DNA of 34,850 bases from a virus (Duplodnaviria; Caudoviricetes), in the IMG/VR virus record IMGVR_UViG_3300048852_000016, positions 1 to 34,850 of that record. The stretch is one strand, 5' to 3'. The position numbers were made by a program, and so were the translations under genes. The notes beneath the pieces are model-generated. The model did no database searches and was not told the origin of the DNA. It worked only from the letters and a program-made list of their open reading frames with translations. Below are positions 8,665 through 18,842 of this stretch, in pieces (positions within the stretch are counted from its first letter, which is position 1; the number at the start of each line of letters is the position of its first letter).

Positions 8665-9716
8665 TGGCGACCCTTCGGCAGCAACTGCTTGAGCTTATCG
8701 ACAAGCTTGCTCCTGAGGTGGCGAGGGCGTTTCTCGAAGCGATCGATGACATCCAGTCGGAGATCGTGCTTCGCGAGGTCATCGAGGCGCTGGAGCGGCG
8801 TGACGTGGAAAGCGCTGTCCATGCGCTCAACATCGAGCCATCGGCATTCCGTCCCCTCTCTGAGGCGCTGAGGCAGGCATTCAATGAGGGCGGGCTGCTC
8901 ACGGTCGGGCGGCTGCCGCGCATCACCGACCTCATGGGTGGCCGCGTCGTGGTGCGCTGGGATGCCAGCAACCAGAGAGCGGAAGCGATCATCCGGGAGC
9001 GGTCATCGACCCTCATCACCGAGATCTCGGAGCAGACGAAGCAAGCCGCGCGCGAGGCGATCGTCGCCCGATACGCCGAAGGGCAGGGGCCACGGTCCAT
9101 CGCTCTCGATCTGGTAGGCCGGCAGAACCGGGTAACCGGAAAGCGTGAAGGTGGGCTGATCGGGCTCAACCGGCCTCAGTCGGAATTGATGGAGCGGACC
9201 CGGATCAACCTCCTATCGGGCGATCCTGACTTGATGCGGAAGTATTTGACGCTCAAGACCCGCGACAAGCGCCACGACGCTGCCGTGAGGCGCGCAATCG
9301 ACGCCCGCAAGCCTCTGGACGCCGCCACGCTCGATAAAGTGCTGATGAAGCTCCGGAGCCGGAACCTTAAGCTTCGGGGCGAGACCATCGCCCGCACGGA
9401 AACGCTGACATCGGTCATGGCTGCGAAGCATGAGGCCTATCAGCAGGGGCTCGACCGATCTGGCAGGGATGCAAGCCTCGTGACCCGCAAGTGGAGATCT
9501 GCGGGAGATGGCCGGGTTCGTCATAGCCACATGGCCCTGAACGCGCAGGAGGTGACCGGGATGGATGCTCCGTTCATGTCGCCTCTCGGCAATATGATGC
9601 GCTTCCCAGGCGACACATCAATGGGCGCTGGCGCTGAGGATATCATCGCCTGCCGCTGCGACGTGGAATACAACTTCGACTTCGCAGCAGCCTACGCCCG
9701 CTCAAGAGGCCGCTGA
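8664..9716 (+). CDS. Minor head / head morphogenesis protein (Mu gpF / SPP1 gp7-like)
   Basis: IARTE...KWRSAGDGRVRHSH...FPGD...IIACRC motifs. Confidence 0.85.
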   Translation: MATLRQQLLELIDKLAPEVARAFLEAIDDIQSEIVLREVIEALERRDVESAVHALNIEPSAFRPLSEALRQAFNEGGLLTVGRLPRITDLMGGRVVVRWDASNQRAEAIIRERSSTLITEISEQTKQAAREAIVARYAEGQGPRSIALDLVGRQNRVTGKREGGLIGLNRPQSELMERTRINLLSGDPDLMRKYLTLKTRDKRHDAAVRRAIDARKPLDAATLDKVLMKLRSRNLKLRGETIARTETLTSVMAAKHEAYQQGLDRSGRDASLVTRKWRSAGDGRVRHSHMALNAQEVTGMDAPFMSPLGNMMRFPGDTSMGAGAEDIIACRCDVEYNFDFAAAYARSRGR

Positions 9717-10174
9717 TGAGCTTCGCGGCCACAATAGGGGATTGGGCACGGGAGGAGCTAGAACGCTCTGAAGCGGTCTTCCAGATGGCTGCGCAGACCG
9801 TTGCGAACGAGGTTAGGACTTCAGTGGCCGAAGGCGGGCGCATGCCGATCGATACCGGCAACTTGAGGCGGTCCCTGATGGCCTCGACGGCAGAGATGCC
9901 ATCGGTGAAGCCGGAGCAGACCGACTTCGCAGACGGCGGCGTTGAGATGGTGATCGGTGGTGCCGAGTTGGGCTCGACCGTCTATCTCGGCTTCCAGGCT
10001 GCCTATGCGCTCCGGATGGAATATGGCTTCGTCGGGACAGACAGTCTCGGCAGGGTCTACAATCAGACCGGCTTCGGCTTCGTTGAGGCGGTAGCGCAGC
10101 GGTGGCAGCAGATCGTCAACGAGGCGGAGATGAACGTTCGCGGTCGCTTTGAGGGCGGTTCTCCGCAAGCATGA
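9716..10174 (+). CDS. HK97 gp10-like tail completion protein
   Basis: MPIDTGNLRRS and YALRMEYG motifs. Confidence 0.75.
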   Translation: MSFAATIGDWAREELERSEAVFQMAAQTVANEVRTSVAEGGRMPIDTGNLRRSLMASTAEMPSVKPEQTDFADGGVEMVIGGAELGSTVYLGFQAAYALRMEYGFVGTDSLGRVYNQTGFGFVEAVAQRWQQIVNEAEMNVRGRFEGGSPQA

Positions 10175-10325
10175 TCAGCATGGCGCGCTGGATCATGTCC
10201 GTGTTGCGCAGGAATAGATCGATCACAGCCTGACCGCCTTCCGTCGAGCCTTTCTGGCTGACGAAGAGCGCGATTGCTCGCTCCAGCAGTTGGTAAATCT
10301 CTCGGTCGCTGATCGGTTCGGCCAT
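10116..10325 (-). CDS. Small hypothetical protein, antisense
   Basis: MAEPISDREIYQLLERAIALF... fills the gap between gp10-like and tail terminator genes. Confidence 0.45.
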   Translation of the reverse strand: MAEPISDREIYQLLERAIALFVSQKGSTEGGQAVIDLFLRNTDMIQRAMLIMLAENRPQSDRERSSPPR

Positions 10326-10345
10326 GGAATGAGGACGTAGCACGA

Positions 10346-10789
10346 ATGGCGGCCACGGTTGAACAGGATATTTTCCGGGGGCTGTCATCTCACTTCGGCA
10401 CGTGGCCTCTGCCGTCCGGCTGGACGAAGGCGGCGAACATTGCCTCACCTGGCTACAATTACGCTCCGGTCGCGAACAAGCCGTTCGTGAGCCTGGAGGT
10501 CCACTTCAATCGCTCGATCGAGACTGATCTGTCTCTTGAGCTAGACCCGATCAGGCAGGGCTTCATGCGGACGAACGTCATGTGGCCCGTGGGTGCGACC
10601 CATGACCTGCCGCTGGCCGTCGCCGCAAGCCTCCGGGCGCACTTCAAGCGGGGCACCAAGATCGTCTTCGACGGCACGGTGATCCGCATAGACGAAGATC
10701 CAGAGATCGGCGTGTTCGTCACCGGCACGTCGCACGTCACGCTTCCTGTGACCACCAGGTGGCGTTGCTACCCGCAAGTTCCGGCCTGA
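10346..10789 (+). CDS. Tail terminator protein (DUF4128-like)
   Basis: G..R.NVMWP.G...A..L.AHFKRGT...PVT.RW; synteny. Confidence 0.65.
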   Translation: MAATVEQDIFRGLSSHFGTWPLPSGWTKAANIASPGYNYAPVANKPFVSLEVHFNRSIETDLSLELDPIRQGFMRTNVMWPVGATHDLPLAVAASLRAHFKRGTKIVFDGTVIRIDEDPEIGVFVTGTSHVTLPVTTRWRCYPQVPA

Positions 10790-10848
10790 TTGGCCTGCCG
10801 TTCACCCGCGCCTTCGGCAAGCGCAATCAGACATGAAGGAAAGCTGAA

Positions 10849-11352
10849 ATGGCCCAACTCTATCCGGTGGCTGGCGCCACCTTCTGGATTGGCGGCACTG
10901 CCGTTACCAACGTTCCCGATGATGCTGATCTAGACGCCACCGACTTCACCGGGGTTGTCTGGACTGAGGTCAAAGGCTGGCAGACGATGGGTTCCATCGG
11001 AGACAGCGCCACGCTGATCACCGAATCCATCATCTCCAATGCCCGCGACATCAAGGCGAAGGGAACCCGCAACGCCGGCTCGATGCAGAACAACTTCATC
11101 ATCATGCCGGAAGACCCAGGCCAGATCGCGCTCATCGCGGCCGAGAACAGCCCGTTCAACTTCCCGTTCAAGATCGAGTTCGATGACGCGCCTCCGACTG
11201 GCACGGCTCCCACGCCGACCACGAAGCTCTTCTACGGCATCGTCATGTCCTCGTCCGAGCAGGGCGGCGGCGCAAACACCGCTCGTCTCCTGGCCGGCAC
11301 TGTCGAGATCAATTCGGCAGTGATCACTGTTCCTGCTGATACGGGTGCTTGA
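10849..11352 (+). CDS. Major tail tube protein
   Basis: WTEVKGW..MGSIGD...KAKGTRNAGSM...DPGQIAL; siphovirus tube motifs; strong RBS. Confidence 0.8.
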   Translation: MAQLYPVAGATFWIGGTAVTNVPDDADLDATDFTGVVWTEVKGWQTMGSIGDSATLITESIISNARDIKAKGTRNAGSMQNNFIIMPEDPGQIALIAAENSPFNFPFKIEFDDAPPTGTAPTPTTKLFYGIVMSSSEQGGGANTARLLAGTVEINSAVITVPADTGA

Positions 11353-11801
11353 TGAGCGAAGAAGTCACCACCTCAACCGTCGACCTCTCCCGCTTCGAAG
11401 CCCTCGTCCAGTCCCAGGAGGAGGGTATCGAGTTCGATCTTGTTGACGAGATGGGGAAACCCATCGGCCTCAAGATCGGGCTTGTCGGCCCTGACAGCAA
11501 GCGAACCCGAAAGGCAATGAAGGAAGTCGCAGCCGAGTTCTCGAAGCTGGCAGAGGATCGGGCTCTTGCCGGCGCTGCCACTCCGGAAGACGAAGACGAT
11601 CAGCGCCAGGCGGCTTTCCTCTCGAAGGTCACCACGCATTGGTCGCCTGATCCGTCGATCGGTGGCCAGTCGGTTCCCTTCACCGAAGAGAACGCCCGCA
11701 CCTTCTTCACTCGTTTCCGCATCTTCGCGGAGCAGGTGGAGGCAAGGGCGGTGCGCCGCGGCCCTTTCGCCAAAAGCTCATCCTCCGGCTCTGCCAGCTA
11801 A
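11352..11801 (+). CDS. Tail assembly chaperone (gpG-like)
   Basis: Between tube and tape measure; GLKI..VGPDS motif; ends just after slippery site. Confidence 0.75.
   Translation: MSEEVTTSTVDLSRFEALVQSQEEGIEFDLVDEMGKPIGLKIGLVGPDSKRTRKAMKEVAAEFSKLAEDRALAGAATPEDEDDQRQAAFLSKVTTHWSPDPSIGGQSVPFTEENARTFFTRFRIFAEQVEARAVRRGPFAKSSSSGSAS
11762..11768 (+). other. Programmed -1 frameshift slippery heptamer C CCT TTC
   Basis: X XXY YYZ in the gpG frame (GGC CCT TTC); -1 frame stays open to 12124. Confidence 0.7.
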
Positions 11802-12124
11802 TCGAGCATCAGCACAACGGGAAGAAGATCAAGGTTCCACCCGCAGGCGAAGAGCTCTGGGGGTGGTTCCGTGAACTCGACTGCCAGCGGCAGGGCAACG
11901 GCTTCGGGATGAACGCCCTGGGCTTCCGCGAGATCAAGGCGTGGTCGGACCTCCGGCACGTTGATCTTGAGCCCTGGCAGCTGGACGGGATCATCGCCCT
12001 CGACCTGAAGCGCCGGTCGGTGGCCGCTGAGAAATCCGCTCCGGAGAAGAAGACAGATGAGGTGTCGATCCGGCCTCTGACGTCTCGCCTGTTCGACGCT
12101 CTATTCCCCGCAAAGAAAGCCTGA
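11768..12124 (+). CDS. Tail assembly chaperone gpT part (frameshift extension)
   Basis: -1 frame reads RQKLILRLCQLIE...VPPAGEELWGWFRELDCQR..NGFGMNALGFREIKAW...LEPWQLDGIIALD. Confidence 0.7.
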   Translation, partial: RQKLILRLCQLIEHQHNGKKIKVPPAGEELWGWFRELDCQRQGNGFGMNALGFREIKAWSDLRHVDLEPWQLDGIIALDLKRRSVAAEKSAPEKKTDEVSIRPLTSRLFDALFPAKKA

Positions 12125-12127
12125 CGA

Positions 12128-14887
12128 ATGACCGTTGCCAATCTCGGCTTCAAGATCGACTCCTCGCCGGCATCATCGGCCGCCCTGGATCTCGACAAGC
12201 TGACAGCTGCCGCCAGTCGTACACAGATGGCCGCTGACAAGCTCGAGGCTGAAGTGGCAAGCCTTGGCGCATCCTTGGGCAAGTCGGGGCAGGGCGCGCG
12301 CGGTGCGCAGGCCCCGGTCGATGCCCTCGGTCGATCCTTCGGCACGCAAGACGATCACGTTCGGTCGTTCCGGATGGAGATTGAGCGGCTTACGTTGAAG
12401 TATCAGCCTCTTGCTCAGGCAACGCGGGCCTACGAGACATCAGTGGGCGAGATCAACCGGGCTCATCAGCTCGGCGTGATCAATGCCCAGCAGATGCAGC
12501 GGGCTCTGGAAGGAGAGCGTCAGGCTTTCGAGCGGCTTCGCTCCTCCGCAAATGGAGCAAGCCAAGCCGTCACAGCCGCGAACCAGAACAGGGGAGGTGC
12601 GCAGGGCTTCAATGCTGCCAATGCAGGTTATCAGTTTCAGGACATCGCTGTAACGGCAGCGATGGGTATGAACCCGCTCATGATCGGCCTACAGCAGGGA
12701 ACGCAGCTTGCCTCCGTCGTCTCCTCGATGGAAAAGCCCGTGGCTGGTCTCGCAACCGCGTTTGCGTCTCTGTTAAGCCCTGTATCGCTGATAACTATCG
12801 GCCTCACCGCCGGCACCGCTGCACTGGTCCAGTACTTCATGTCTGGCAGCGAAGGATCGGACGGAATGAGCGACGATTTGCGGGAGCAGATCGACCTCAT
12901 TGCCAAGGTCGCGGAACGCTGGGGAGACGCGACCCCTCGGCTCAAAGAGTACGCTGATGAAGCAGTCCGCATGGCTGAGGCGAACGAACGTCTTGCTGCT
13001 GGCAATGCTCTTGCCGCTTCCGAGTTTGAGAAGGTCGAAGACGTCCTTGGCACGATCAATGCAGAATACACGGCGGCAATCCGGTCCCTTCGAGGCTATG
13101 GCGAGGATGCCGCGCCGATCATCCGGGGCCTGACGACTAGCTTCACCGAGCTTCAGACGAAGATCCTTGAAGGCAAGGCCACTACAGATGACCTGACAGC
13201 GGTGCAGAACGCGATGGCGGCTGCACTTGAGGGAGGAGCCACCCCTGCCGTCCAGAAGCTGCTGGAGGTCTTTACGGACCTTGTGCCGAAGATCCAGGCA
13301 GCAACCGATGCCGCCGCTGAGTTCCGTAAGGAAGGCTCCGGTTCGATATGGCCCGAATTAGGCACCCTTCCGGGGTTGTTCTCCGATGGCGGGCGGATGT
13401 TCTCGCCCAACGACTTCATCCCTCGCAATGCGCCTGTTCCCAGCCGACGCCCCCTGATCGAGTTGGAGGGAGATGGTTCACGCCCCGGCGCCCCTACCAT
13501 TATCAACTCCGATGGACGGCTGACGGCAGTTCCGGTGCCAGGTCAGCGTCCCAACTATTTCGAGCGCGAATCCGATCTCGACTTCGGCTCATCCAAAGCC
13601 AACAAGAACACCTACTGGGGCCGCGACGTTCTGCAGGAGGAAATGCGCCGGCTGGAGATGGGGACGCTCTTCAAGGGCTTCTTCACCGACTTCGGCCAAT
13701 CGCTGCGCGACAACAGCGGAAATCTTGGCAAAGCCCTGATGGAGGGATTGAGCAACTCGGTAATGAATGCGGCCTCGGCGGCATGGGAGAAGGTCGCCAA
13801 CATGGCGGCAAACTACATGCTGAATGCTCTCATGGGGCCGCCCAGCGCCGGTCTGATGAACAAAAGCATCGGCTTCACCGGGGCCAACACCACGCTCGGC
13901 GCGGTTCTCGGTGCAGGTGCGGGTGTCCCGGCCAACAACAACGTGGCCGGCGGGTTCTCCGGCCTCAGCGTCGGCTCTGTCACGCGCGCGCCACTTGGCG
14001 ATATCTCGTCCTATGCCGAGGCCATCAAGTCTATCGAGAGCCGTGGCAGTGGCGGGTATTCAGCCCTCGGGCCAGTCACCCGCAACGGTGACCGTGCCTA
14101 TGGTGCCTACCAGGTCATGGGCAACAACATCGGCCCATGGTCGAAAGAGGCGCTCGGGCAGAGCATATCGGCTCAAGAGTTCCTCAAGAACCCAGGCCTC
14201 CAGGATAAGATCTTCGAGAGCAAGTTCGGCGGCTATGTGGACAAGTATGGTCCGTCAGGTGCCGCGCAGGCATGGTTCGGCGGTCCTGGCTCGGTCGGCA
14301 AAGGTGGCGGCGCCTCGGATATGCTCGGCACGACCGGATCGGCCTATGTCGACAAGTTCAACGATGCCCTCGGGAGTGCCACAGACAACCTCGGAGGCTT
14401 CGGCTCGGGTCTTGGCAAGGTAGCCGAGACTTTTTCCACCAGCGCGTTCCCGGCGGCCCCTGCGGCGGTTGGTGGCGGCGGTGGAGGCGGCGGAATCTTC
14501 AGTTGGCTGGGTGGTCTGTTTGGGGGCGGTGGTGGCAAGCCATCCCTCGCAAAGTATCTCCCCCTCACGGGCCTCTTTGCCGATGGCACCAACTACGCTC
14601 CCGGCGGGATGGCTGTCGTAGGCGAGCGCGGGCCCGAACTGGTCAACCTCCCTGGTGGCTCTCAGGTCTTCGACACGAACCGCAGCGCCCGGATGGTGGG
14701 CGTCAATGAAGGTCGCGGAAATCAGCGGCCACAGCTCAATGTCGTCGTTCAAGGCGGGAGCGGAGACGATCACGTTCGGGAACTGGCACGGCAGGGCGCT
14801 CAAGAGGCGATCTTCCAATACAACCAGAACCAGACCCGCGGTGGCGTTCTCGATACACAGCAAAAAGCAACTGCAAGGAAAGGCTGA
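12128..14887 (+). CDS. Tape measure protein with lysozyme-like domain
   Basis: 919 aa; YQFQDIAV...NPLMIGLQQGTQ lambda-type N-terminal motif; IKSIES..AYGAYQVM domain; FADG..VVGERGPELV C-terminus. Confidence 0.9.
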   Translation: MTVANLGFKIDSSPASSAALDLDKLTAAASRTQMAADKLEAEVASLGASLGKSGQGARGAQAPVDALGRSFGTQDDHVRSFRMEIERLTLKYQPLAQATRAYETSVGEINRAHQLGVINAQQMQRALEGERQAFERLRSSANGASQAVTAANQNRGGAQGFNAANAGYQFQDIAVTAAMGMNPLMIGLQQGTQLASVVSSMEKPVAGLATAFASLLSPVSLITIGLTAGTAALVQYFMSGSEGSDGMSDDLREQIDLIAKVAERWGDATPRLKEYADEAVRMAEANERLAAGNALAASEFEKVEDVLGTINAEYTAAIRSLRGYGEDAAPIIRGLTTSFTELQTKILEGKATTDDLTAVQNAMAAALEGGATPAVQKLLEVFTDLVPKIQAATDAAAEFRKEGSGSIWPELGTLPGLFSDGGRMFSPNDFIPRNAPVPSRRPLIELEGDGSRPGAPTIINSDGRLTAVPVPGQRPNYFERESDLDFGSSKANKNTYWGRDVLQEEMRRLEMGTLFKGFFTDFGQSLRDNSGNLGKALMEGLSNSVMNAASAAWEKVANMAANYMLNALMGPPSAGLMNKSIGFTGANTTLGAVLGAGAGVPANNNVAGGFSGLSVGSVTRAPLGDISSYAEAIKSIESRGSGGYSALGPVTRNGDRAYGAYQVMGNNIGPWSKEALGQSISAQEFLKNPGLQDKIFESKFGGYVDKYGPSGAAQAWFGGPGSVGKGGGASDMLGTTGSAYVDKFNDALGSATDNLGGFGSGLGKVAETFSTSAFPAAPAAVGGGGGGGGIFSWLGGLFGGGGGKPSLAKYLPLTGLFADGTNYAPGGMAVVGERGPELVNLPGGSQVFDTNRSARMVGVNEGRGNQRPQLNVVVQGGSGDDHVRELARQGAQEAIFQYNQNQTRGGVLDTQQKATARKG

Positions 14888-14890
14888 TCG

Positions 14891-15580
14891 ATGGCGGTCT
14901 ACATCAATCAGCCGATGTTCCCGGTTGATACCTTGCGGCCTACTCGGGCTCGTTTCGATAACATCGGGAGCGCCATCGAGGGCGGGGCCAACGGGATGGG
15001 AGAAGCCCTAAGCGTTGAAACCTCTGGGGGCGGTACTGTCACGGCCTCCTATGAAGGCCTTATGCTGGAGGGGCCGGACGAACGATACGAGATCCTCAAC
15101 TGGCTTGGGGCTCGCCTCAATGGTGGGTTCCGGTTCATTAATGTGCCCATCGTCAACGACAAGATCGGGCCTTGGAACATCCCGCTTTTCGGGAGTAACG
15201 GCGCGATGCTCGCAGGGGCGGCCGATCCGGCAACCAGCGTCTACGGCCAGATGACCGCTTCTGCGGCACTGAACGCAGGGGTGATTTCGCTTCAGGTCGT
15301 GGGACCGGCAAGGGATCTCCGATGGTCCGACTGGTTCTCTATCAACCATCCGACGAAAGGGTGGCGGGCCTATCGATACTGGGACGTGGTGAGCAAAAGC
15401 GGCAGCAATTACAGCCTCGCCATATCGCCACCGCTCCGGGAGGCCGTACCCGCCGGCACTCGGGTGGAACTGGTTCGTCCGAGATGCGTGATGAAGCTGC
15501 AGCGGGGATCAACGGTGCCGTTTGAGTATGAGGGTTGGTACTCATCCAGGCCCTCGATCAACTTTGTCGAGGCGTTCTGA
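14891..15580 (+). CDS. Distal tail / tail tip protein
   Basis: Follows TMP; ISPPLREAVPAGT..P.C.M.L...FVEAF. Confidence 0.65.
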   Translation: MAVYINQPMFPVDTLRPTRARFDNIGSAIEGGANGMGEALSVETSGGGTVTASYEGLMLEGPDERYEILNWLGARLNGGFRFINVPIVNDKIGPWNIPLFGSNGAMLAGAADPATSVYGQMTASAALNAGVISLQVVGPARDLRWSDWFSINHPTKGWRAYRYWDVVSKSGSNYSLAISPPLREAVPAGTRVELVRPRCVMKLQRGSTVPFEYEGWYSSRPSINFVEAF

Positions 15581-15583
15581 CCC

Positions 15584-16183
15584 ATGGGATATGTGCCAGA
15601 CAATATCATCGCAGAGATGCGCGGGAGCCATCAGCTCGGCCTTTTCCTGCGCATCGATACCGACCCGGCCCTTCACTTGTGGTTCGGGGTCAATGATGTC
15701 CCTGTCGGCTTCGACGGGATAGACCCGAGCGGGACCGTTTATCTCGGCGGTGGCCGGTTACTCGGCATCCCCTCCCTGGAGGTGTTGGTCAACGGCACAT
15801 CTGACGCCGTTGACTTCACCATGTCAGGGGTGGACCCAGCCACAGGGGCAAAGATGCTGGAAAGCCTCCCTCTGCTGCGCGGCAAGCTCGTGCAGATGGG
15901 GCTGACAACGCTGGACCAGTATTTCCAGCCGATGAGCAGCATCATCCCGATTTGGACCGGCTTGGCTTCCCACCCGAAGGAAGGACGCGCTGCCATTCGT
16001 GAGGGCGAAACCCCGACGCTGACCCTCAGCCTGGCTGTAGTGGCCGGTGAAAATACACGTTCGCGCCCGTCGCGGTCGCTGTGGTCGGACGCCATGCAGA
16101 AGGCCATCTCGCCCACCGACGACTTCTGCAAGCAGACCGCGAGGCTTGCGCGTGGCAATCAGCCCGTGTGGCCGAACTATTAA
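15584..16183 (+). CDS. Tail tip / hub protein
   Basis: LWFG...YLGGG.L...FTMSGVD...Q..ISPTDDFC; synteny. Confidence 0.6.
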   Translation: MGYVPDNIIAEMRGSHQLGLFLRIDTDPALHLWFGVNDVPVGFDGIDPSGTVYLGGGRLLGIPSLEVLVNGTSDAVDFTMSGVDPATGAKMLESLPLLRGKLVQMGLTTLDQYFQPMSSIIPIWTGLASHPKEGRAAIREGETPTLTLSLAVVAGENTRSRPSRSLWSDAMQKAISPTDDFCKQTARLARGNQPVWPNY

Positions 16184-16192
16184 GGGCAGATC

Positions 16193-16609
16193 ATGGACAT
16201 CCACGGGTTTCTTCAGCTTCCGCACCGGTTCCGGTGGGGCGGCGTAGGGGGCGAGGACTGCATGACGTTTTCCGCTTCTTGGGTGCTCCACGCTCAGGGC
16301 TTCGATCCTGTCGAGGACCTCCGCGGTACCTATCGCACAAAGGAAGAGGCACATTCTCTCGTGGCAGTCCATGGAGGCTTTGTCGGCATGGCTGAGGCCC
16401 ATCTGCTGCCGCACGGCTTCCAGCGCGTCAGCGAAGCTCTGGACGGCGACGTGGGCATAGTCCGCATGATGGCCGGCGAAACCTACGAGAATGCAGCTAT
16501 GACGGAAGTTGGAGCCATTCGCTTCGGCCCGCTCTGGGCATCCATAGGCCCAGGGGGAGTGCGCGCAACGAAGGCTGAAATGATCGCCGCCTGGAGAATG
16601 CCGACGTGA
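16193..16609 (+). CDS. NlpC/P60-like tail tip protein (DUF6950-like)
   Basis: FRWGG...DCMTF...G.DP...RGTY...GDVG...AWR. Confidence 0.7.
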   Translation: MDIHGFLQLPHRFRWGGVGGEDCMTFSASWVLHAQGFDPVEDLRGTYRTKEEAHSLVAVHGGFVGMAEAHLLPHGFQRVSEALDGDVGIVRMMAGETYENAAMTEVGAIRFGPLWASIGPGGVRATKAEMIAAWRMPT

Positions 16610-18807
16610 GGAATGAGCGGTTCTATCAGACCAGGTTCGATGATCCGAGAGACCGTGCCATCTGGGGCAATATGCTTCGGAAGACGACGTCACATTATCC
16701 CGTGGCTCGTCGTGACCCGATCTTCACGCCGATCTTCACGTCCTTCTTTGCTACGCTGGGATTTTCCGCATCGACTGCAGCCTTTCTCGGTGCGGCTACG
16801 ACGGCGATTGCGACCACGGCGCTTTCTATCGGTATCCAGGCGCTCATGGCCCCGAAGCCTCCGAAGCCGGAAGACGGCAAGGTTCCGAAGGTTCAGTCCA
16901 TGCCATACCGCCAATGGTGTGTCGGAACGAACAGGCTCGCCGGCGCCTATATGCTTTGGGAGGCCAAGGGCAACGAGCTCTTCGCTGTTCAGGCCATCGC
17001 TGGGCACCGGCTTTTCCGGGTCAACCGGTACTGGCTTCATGATGACGAGGTCGAGATTGGCTCAAACGGCGAGACAGTAGAAGGCGATCGCTACGGCGAT
17101 AACGTCTGGATCGCTCACCGCCTTGGTCTACCGGTCGAGACTGCCTACGACCGGGTTGTGGCACGTCTCGCAGGCGAGGGGATCTGGACCAACAATCACA
17201 GGGGCGACGGCCAGGCATCGATCGCAATGATTGCTAAGGGCGTTGCCGCCAAGAACCAGAACGAACGGTTCCCCTATGGTGCGCCGTCTCTGTCTGTTGA
17301 AGCCGATTGCGCCTACGTGTTCGACTACCGCATTAGCGCGGATCCAAACAATTCTTCGGCGTGGGTTTTCTCGAAGAACTCAGCGCTGATCATGTGCTGG
17401 CATCAGTGCTTCAATGAGTTCGGCCATCGGCGTGACTTCTCGCGGGCGATCCTTCCTGTTCTGGATATGTGGATCGAGGAAGCGAACATCTGCGAGGAGG
17501 ATGTGGCTCTTCATGGAGGTGGGACTGAGAACCGCTACGAGTGCAACGGCTTCGACACAACTGAGAACGATCCAAAGGCTGGGACGAACGCCATTCTAGC
17601 CACGTGCGATGGCTGGATCTGCGAGCGCGGCGACGGAGCTCTGCTCTTTACGGTCGGCAAGTTCCGTGAGACCCGCGTCGAGACGCTTTCTGACGCGGAC
17701 CTCGTTGGACACCAAGTTCAATATGACGTTCTCTTCGAAGATGAGATCAACCGGCTCATCCCGAAGTTCACCTATCCGGCCGTCAACTATGCGACGTCCG
17801 ATACCGACTTTTTCGAGGACACGGCAGCGCAGCTGGAATCCGGCCGCGTGCTTGCGCGAGATGCCGATTACCGATGGGTGCATCAGTGGAGACAGGCCCG
17901 CAGGCTTGGAAAGCGTGACTGGCTGCGCATCCAGGAGAAGGTCTCAGGGTCGCTCGATGTTCGCCTGTCAGGCATCAACGCCATCTACAGCCGCTGGGTG
18001 AGGCTGGAGACGCCGATCACCCTCCCGAGGCTCAATGGTAAACTAGTCGAGAACCGCAAGTCGACGCTGGCTCTGCTCAATGGCGGTTTCAACATGGAAA
18101 TTATGCAGCATCCGGAAAACATCGACGTCTGGACGCCATCGATTGACGAGGGCGCTCAGCCTCCCGTTCCCCCAAGGCCAAATGCCGAAGATCTCGTCAC
18201 TCCTGTCATCAACCTGATCCAATCGGTTGCGAACGGAGGGGCAGTTTACATCCGCGTCGTAGTCATCGACCCAGCGGACAGCAGCCTGACTGCCGTGGTG
18301 AGGTATCGAGTATCGAACAATGGTTCGGGCAACCCCGGCGCATGGGTGGAGCAATTATTCCCAGATGCGGCTCCATCGGGCGGCTTTCTCGATCTCAACA
18401 CGCAGACGGTGCCTGCAGATCAGCTGTTGGACGTTCAAGTCGCCTTCCAAGGTACCAATGGGAAGTACAGCGACTGGTCCACCATGGAGCAGGTGACATC
18501 GACTGCCGATCCTACACCTCCAGCCGCCGTGACGGGCGTATCCGTCACAAGTGGGGAAGGGCAGGCGACATTCAGCTGGACCGGCGGAAATAGCGCCAAC
18601 TACGCTGGAGCCAAGATCTACTACAACACTGTCAATGACTTCGGAACGGCCTCCTATGCCGCGCCCGTGGAGTTCGGCGGCGCGGCTACGGCTGACGCTG
18701 CTGCACGTGATCTTGATGCCGCCGACTACTTCGGATGGGTCGTTTCGGTGAACCGCTCTGGGGTCGAAGGAGCACCTGTGGCGACCGGCAGCTTTGTCGT
18801 CTCCTAA
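16606..18807 (+). CDS. Central tail tip / host specificity protein with C-terminal fibronectin III-like domains
   Basis: 733 aa; NSAL, RYECNG, QARRLGK motifs; DPTPPAAVTGVSVT..W Fn3-like end. Confidence 0.75.
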   Translation: MRNERFYQTRFDDPRDRAIWGNMLRKTTSHYPVARRDPIFTPIFTSFFATLGFSASTAAFLGAATTAIATTALSIGIQALMAPKPPKPEDGKVPKVQSMPYRQWCVGTNRLAGAYMLWEAKGNELFAVQAIAGHRLFRVNRYWLHDDEVEIGSNGETVEGDRYGDNVWIAHRLGLPVETAYDRVVARLAGEGIWTNNHRGDGQASIAMIAKGVAAKNQNERFPYGAPSLSVEADCAYVFDYRISADPNNSSAWVFSKNSALIMCWHQCFNEFGHRRDFSRAILPVLDMWIEEANICEEDVALHGGGTENRYECNGFDTTENDPKAGTNAILATCDGWICERGDGALLFTVGKFRETRVETLSDADLVGHQVQYDVLFEDEINRLIPKFTYPAVNYATSDTDFFEDTAAQLESGRVLARDADYRWVHQWRQARRLGKRDWLRIQEKVSGSLDVRLSGINAIYSRWVRLETPITLPRLNGKLVENRKSTLALLNGGFNMEIMQHPENIDVWTPSIDEGAQPPVPPRPNAEDLVTPVINLIQSVANGGAVYIRVVVIDPADSSLTAVVRYRVSNNGSGNPGAWVEQLFPDAAPSGGFLDLNTQTVPADQLLDVQVAFQGTNGKYSDWSTMEQVTSTADPTPPAAVTGVSVTSGEGQATFSWTGGNSANYAGAKIYYNTVNDFGTASYAAPVEFGGAATADAAARDLDAADYFGWVVSVNRSGVEGAPVATGSFVVS

Positions 18808-18842
18808 TACAACAGACATCTTTCTTTGGAATGGAGAGTTGA

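Noticed and set aside
14470-14535. GGY-rich run in the tape measure gene
   Set aside because: 3-nt period encoding poly-Gly linkers
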